Origin: Candidatus Gastranaerophilales bacterium
GTDB lineage: Bacteria > Cyanobacteriota > Vampirovibrionia > Gastranaerophilales > Gastranaerophilaceae
NCBI GenBank assembly: GCA_910587375.1
Contig: CAJULR010000022.1
Span: forward strand, 8,431 to 72,430
DNA: 64,000 bases
Direction of reading: 5' to 3'
In this document: positions 63,109 to 64,000 of the stretch, in pieces
Position numbering within the stretch: position 1 is the stretch's first letter
Layout: each line of letters begins with the position of its first letter
The notes under the pieces: model-generated
Databases searched by the model: none
Seen by the model: only the letters and a program-made list of their open reading frames with translations
What the model was told of the DNA's origin: nothing
Made by a program: the position numbers and the translations under genes

Positions 63109-64000
63109 ATGACTCTTACAGATTGGTTTAATAAAAGAAAAGAGCTTCAACAGCAGGCTCTTCGTGAAAATGATGTTGTAATTGATGATTCTGTAGGAAA
63201 GCTTTGGAGCCTTTGTTACAATTGCAATTCTCAGCTTCCAAAAAAGGATTTGGAAAATAATAATATGGTTTGTCCAAATTGCGATTATCACTTTAGAATA
63301 GGCGCAAGAGCAAGAATTAAGCTTGTTTTGGACCAGGATACTTTCGAAGAAAGATATAAAAATATTACAGGGAAAGACCCTTTGAATTTTGTGGATACGC
63401 AGCCCTATTCAAAAAGACAAAAATCTGCAAAAGAAAAATCAGACCTTGATGAAGCGGTAATTACAGGCGTTGGCGAAATTGACGGGCAAAAAGTCGCCGT
63501 TGCCGTTATGGATTTTGACTATATGGGCGGCTCTATGGGCTCTGTTGTGGGCGAAAAAGTTACAAGAATTATGGAAGATGCTCTTAAGGAAAGAATTCCG
63601 GTTATTGTATTTACAGCCTCAGGCGGTGCCAGAATGCAAGAATCTGCCTTAAGCCTTATGCAGATGGCAAAAACAAGCTGCGCTGTTGCAAAATTGAACG
63701 AAGCAAAGATTTTATACATAACAGTTTTAACAGAACCTACGTTTGGCGGGGTTACAGCAAGTTTTGGCACTCTTGGCGATATTATGATAGCAGAAAAGGG
63801 CGCAAGGATTGGCTTTGCAGGAAGAAGGGTGATTGAGCAGACAATTAAAGAAAAGCTTCCTGCGGATTTTCAGACGGCAGAATACCTTTTAAAATACGGT
63901 CAAATCGATTTAATTGTTTCAAGAAACGAGATGAAAGAGAAATTGTCGAAGATTATTTCTATGCATAACACTGCCCAAGGCAAAACTAATACAGCGAAGG
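63109..64000 (+). CDS. accD: acetyl-CoA carboxylase carboxyltransferase beta subunit, partial (runs off window end)
   Basis: Hand translation from ATG 63109 (GGGGAAGG site upstream): MTLTDWFNKRKE...CYNCNSQLPKKDL..MVCPNCDYHFR zinc ribbon, followed by MDFDYMGGSMGSVVGEK. Confidence 0.9.
   Translation, partial: MTLTDWFNKRKELQQQALRENDVVIDDSVGKLWSLCYNCNSQLPKKDLENNNMVCPNCDYHFRIGARARIKLVLDQDTFEERYKNITGKDPLNFVDTQPYSKRQKSAKEKSDLDEAVITGVGEIDGQKVAVAVMDFDYMGGSMGSVVGEKVTRIMEDALKERIPVIVFTASGGARMQESALSLMQMAKTSCAVAKLNEAKILYITVLTEPTFGGVTASFGTLGDIMIAEKGARIGFAGRRVIEQTIKEKLPADFQTAEYLLKYGQIDLIVSRNEMKEKLSKIISMHNTAQGKTNTAK

Overview
AT-rich bacterial chromosomal segment with about 60 protein genes and one RNase P RNA. 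I saw no rRNA, tRNA or CRISPR. Most of it is housekeeping: tlyA, tatD, rnpB, rlmH, pdp, metG, fusA, glyA, typA, rimM-trmD, hup, infC, a three-gene split glutamate synthase, murJ, tsaC, eno, an ispA-like gene, rsgA and accD (partial). The cyanobacterial-looking EF-G, a group-3 (SigF/SigB-like) sigma factor, an SLH-domain envelope protein and pilin-type signals suggest a low-GC diderm, possibly a Melainabacteria-like relative of cyanobacteria. That placement is inference from memory, not a search result. The stand-out content is a dispersed pilus-related system. Two giant glycine-rich proteins (987 aa at 4241-7204 minus; 906 aa at 25985-28705 plus) carry a type IV prepilin-like A|FSLVEMLMALLVASLL N-terminal segment fused to stacked poly-Gly modules. 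In both genes the region 5' of that segment is built from the same hairpin repeats that litter nearby intergenic DNA. Both genes show an internal cassette with different codon usage. Each has small XRE/HTH regulator genes transcribed divergently. A sigma factor gene overlaps the prepilin peptidase gene elsewhere in the window. Other points worth a second look: a repeat-dense non-coding island (3584-4240), a 197-bp element with perfect 30-bp inverted termini after infC, a probable ATT start for infC, a 933-aa orphan repeat protein upstream of rimM, an enolase with a Cys-rich tail, an SLH protein with CDPC mini-repeats, and a RelE/Gp49-like toxin-antitoxin pair. All functional calls rest on motifs recognised by eye in the supplied translations. 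No database search was run.
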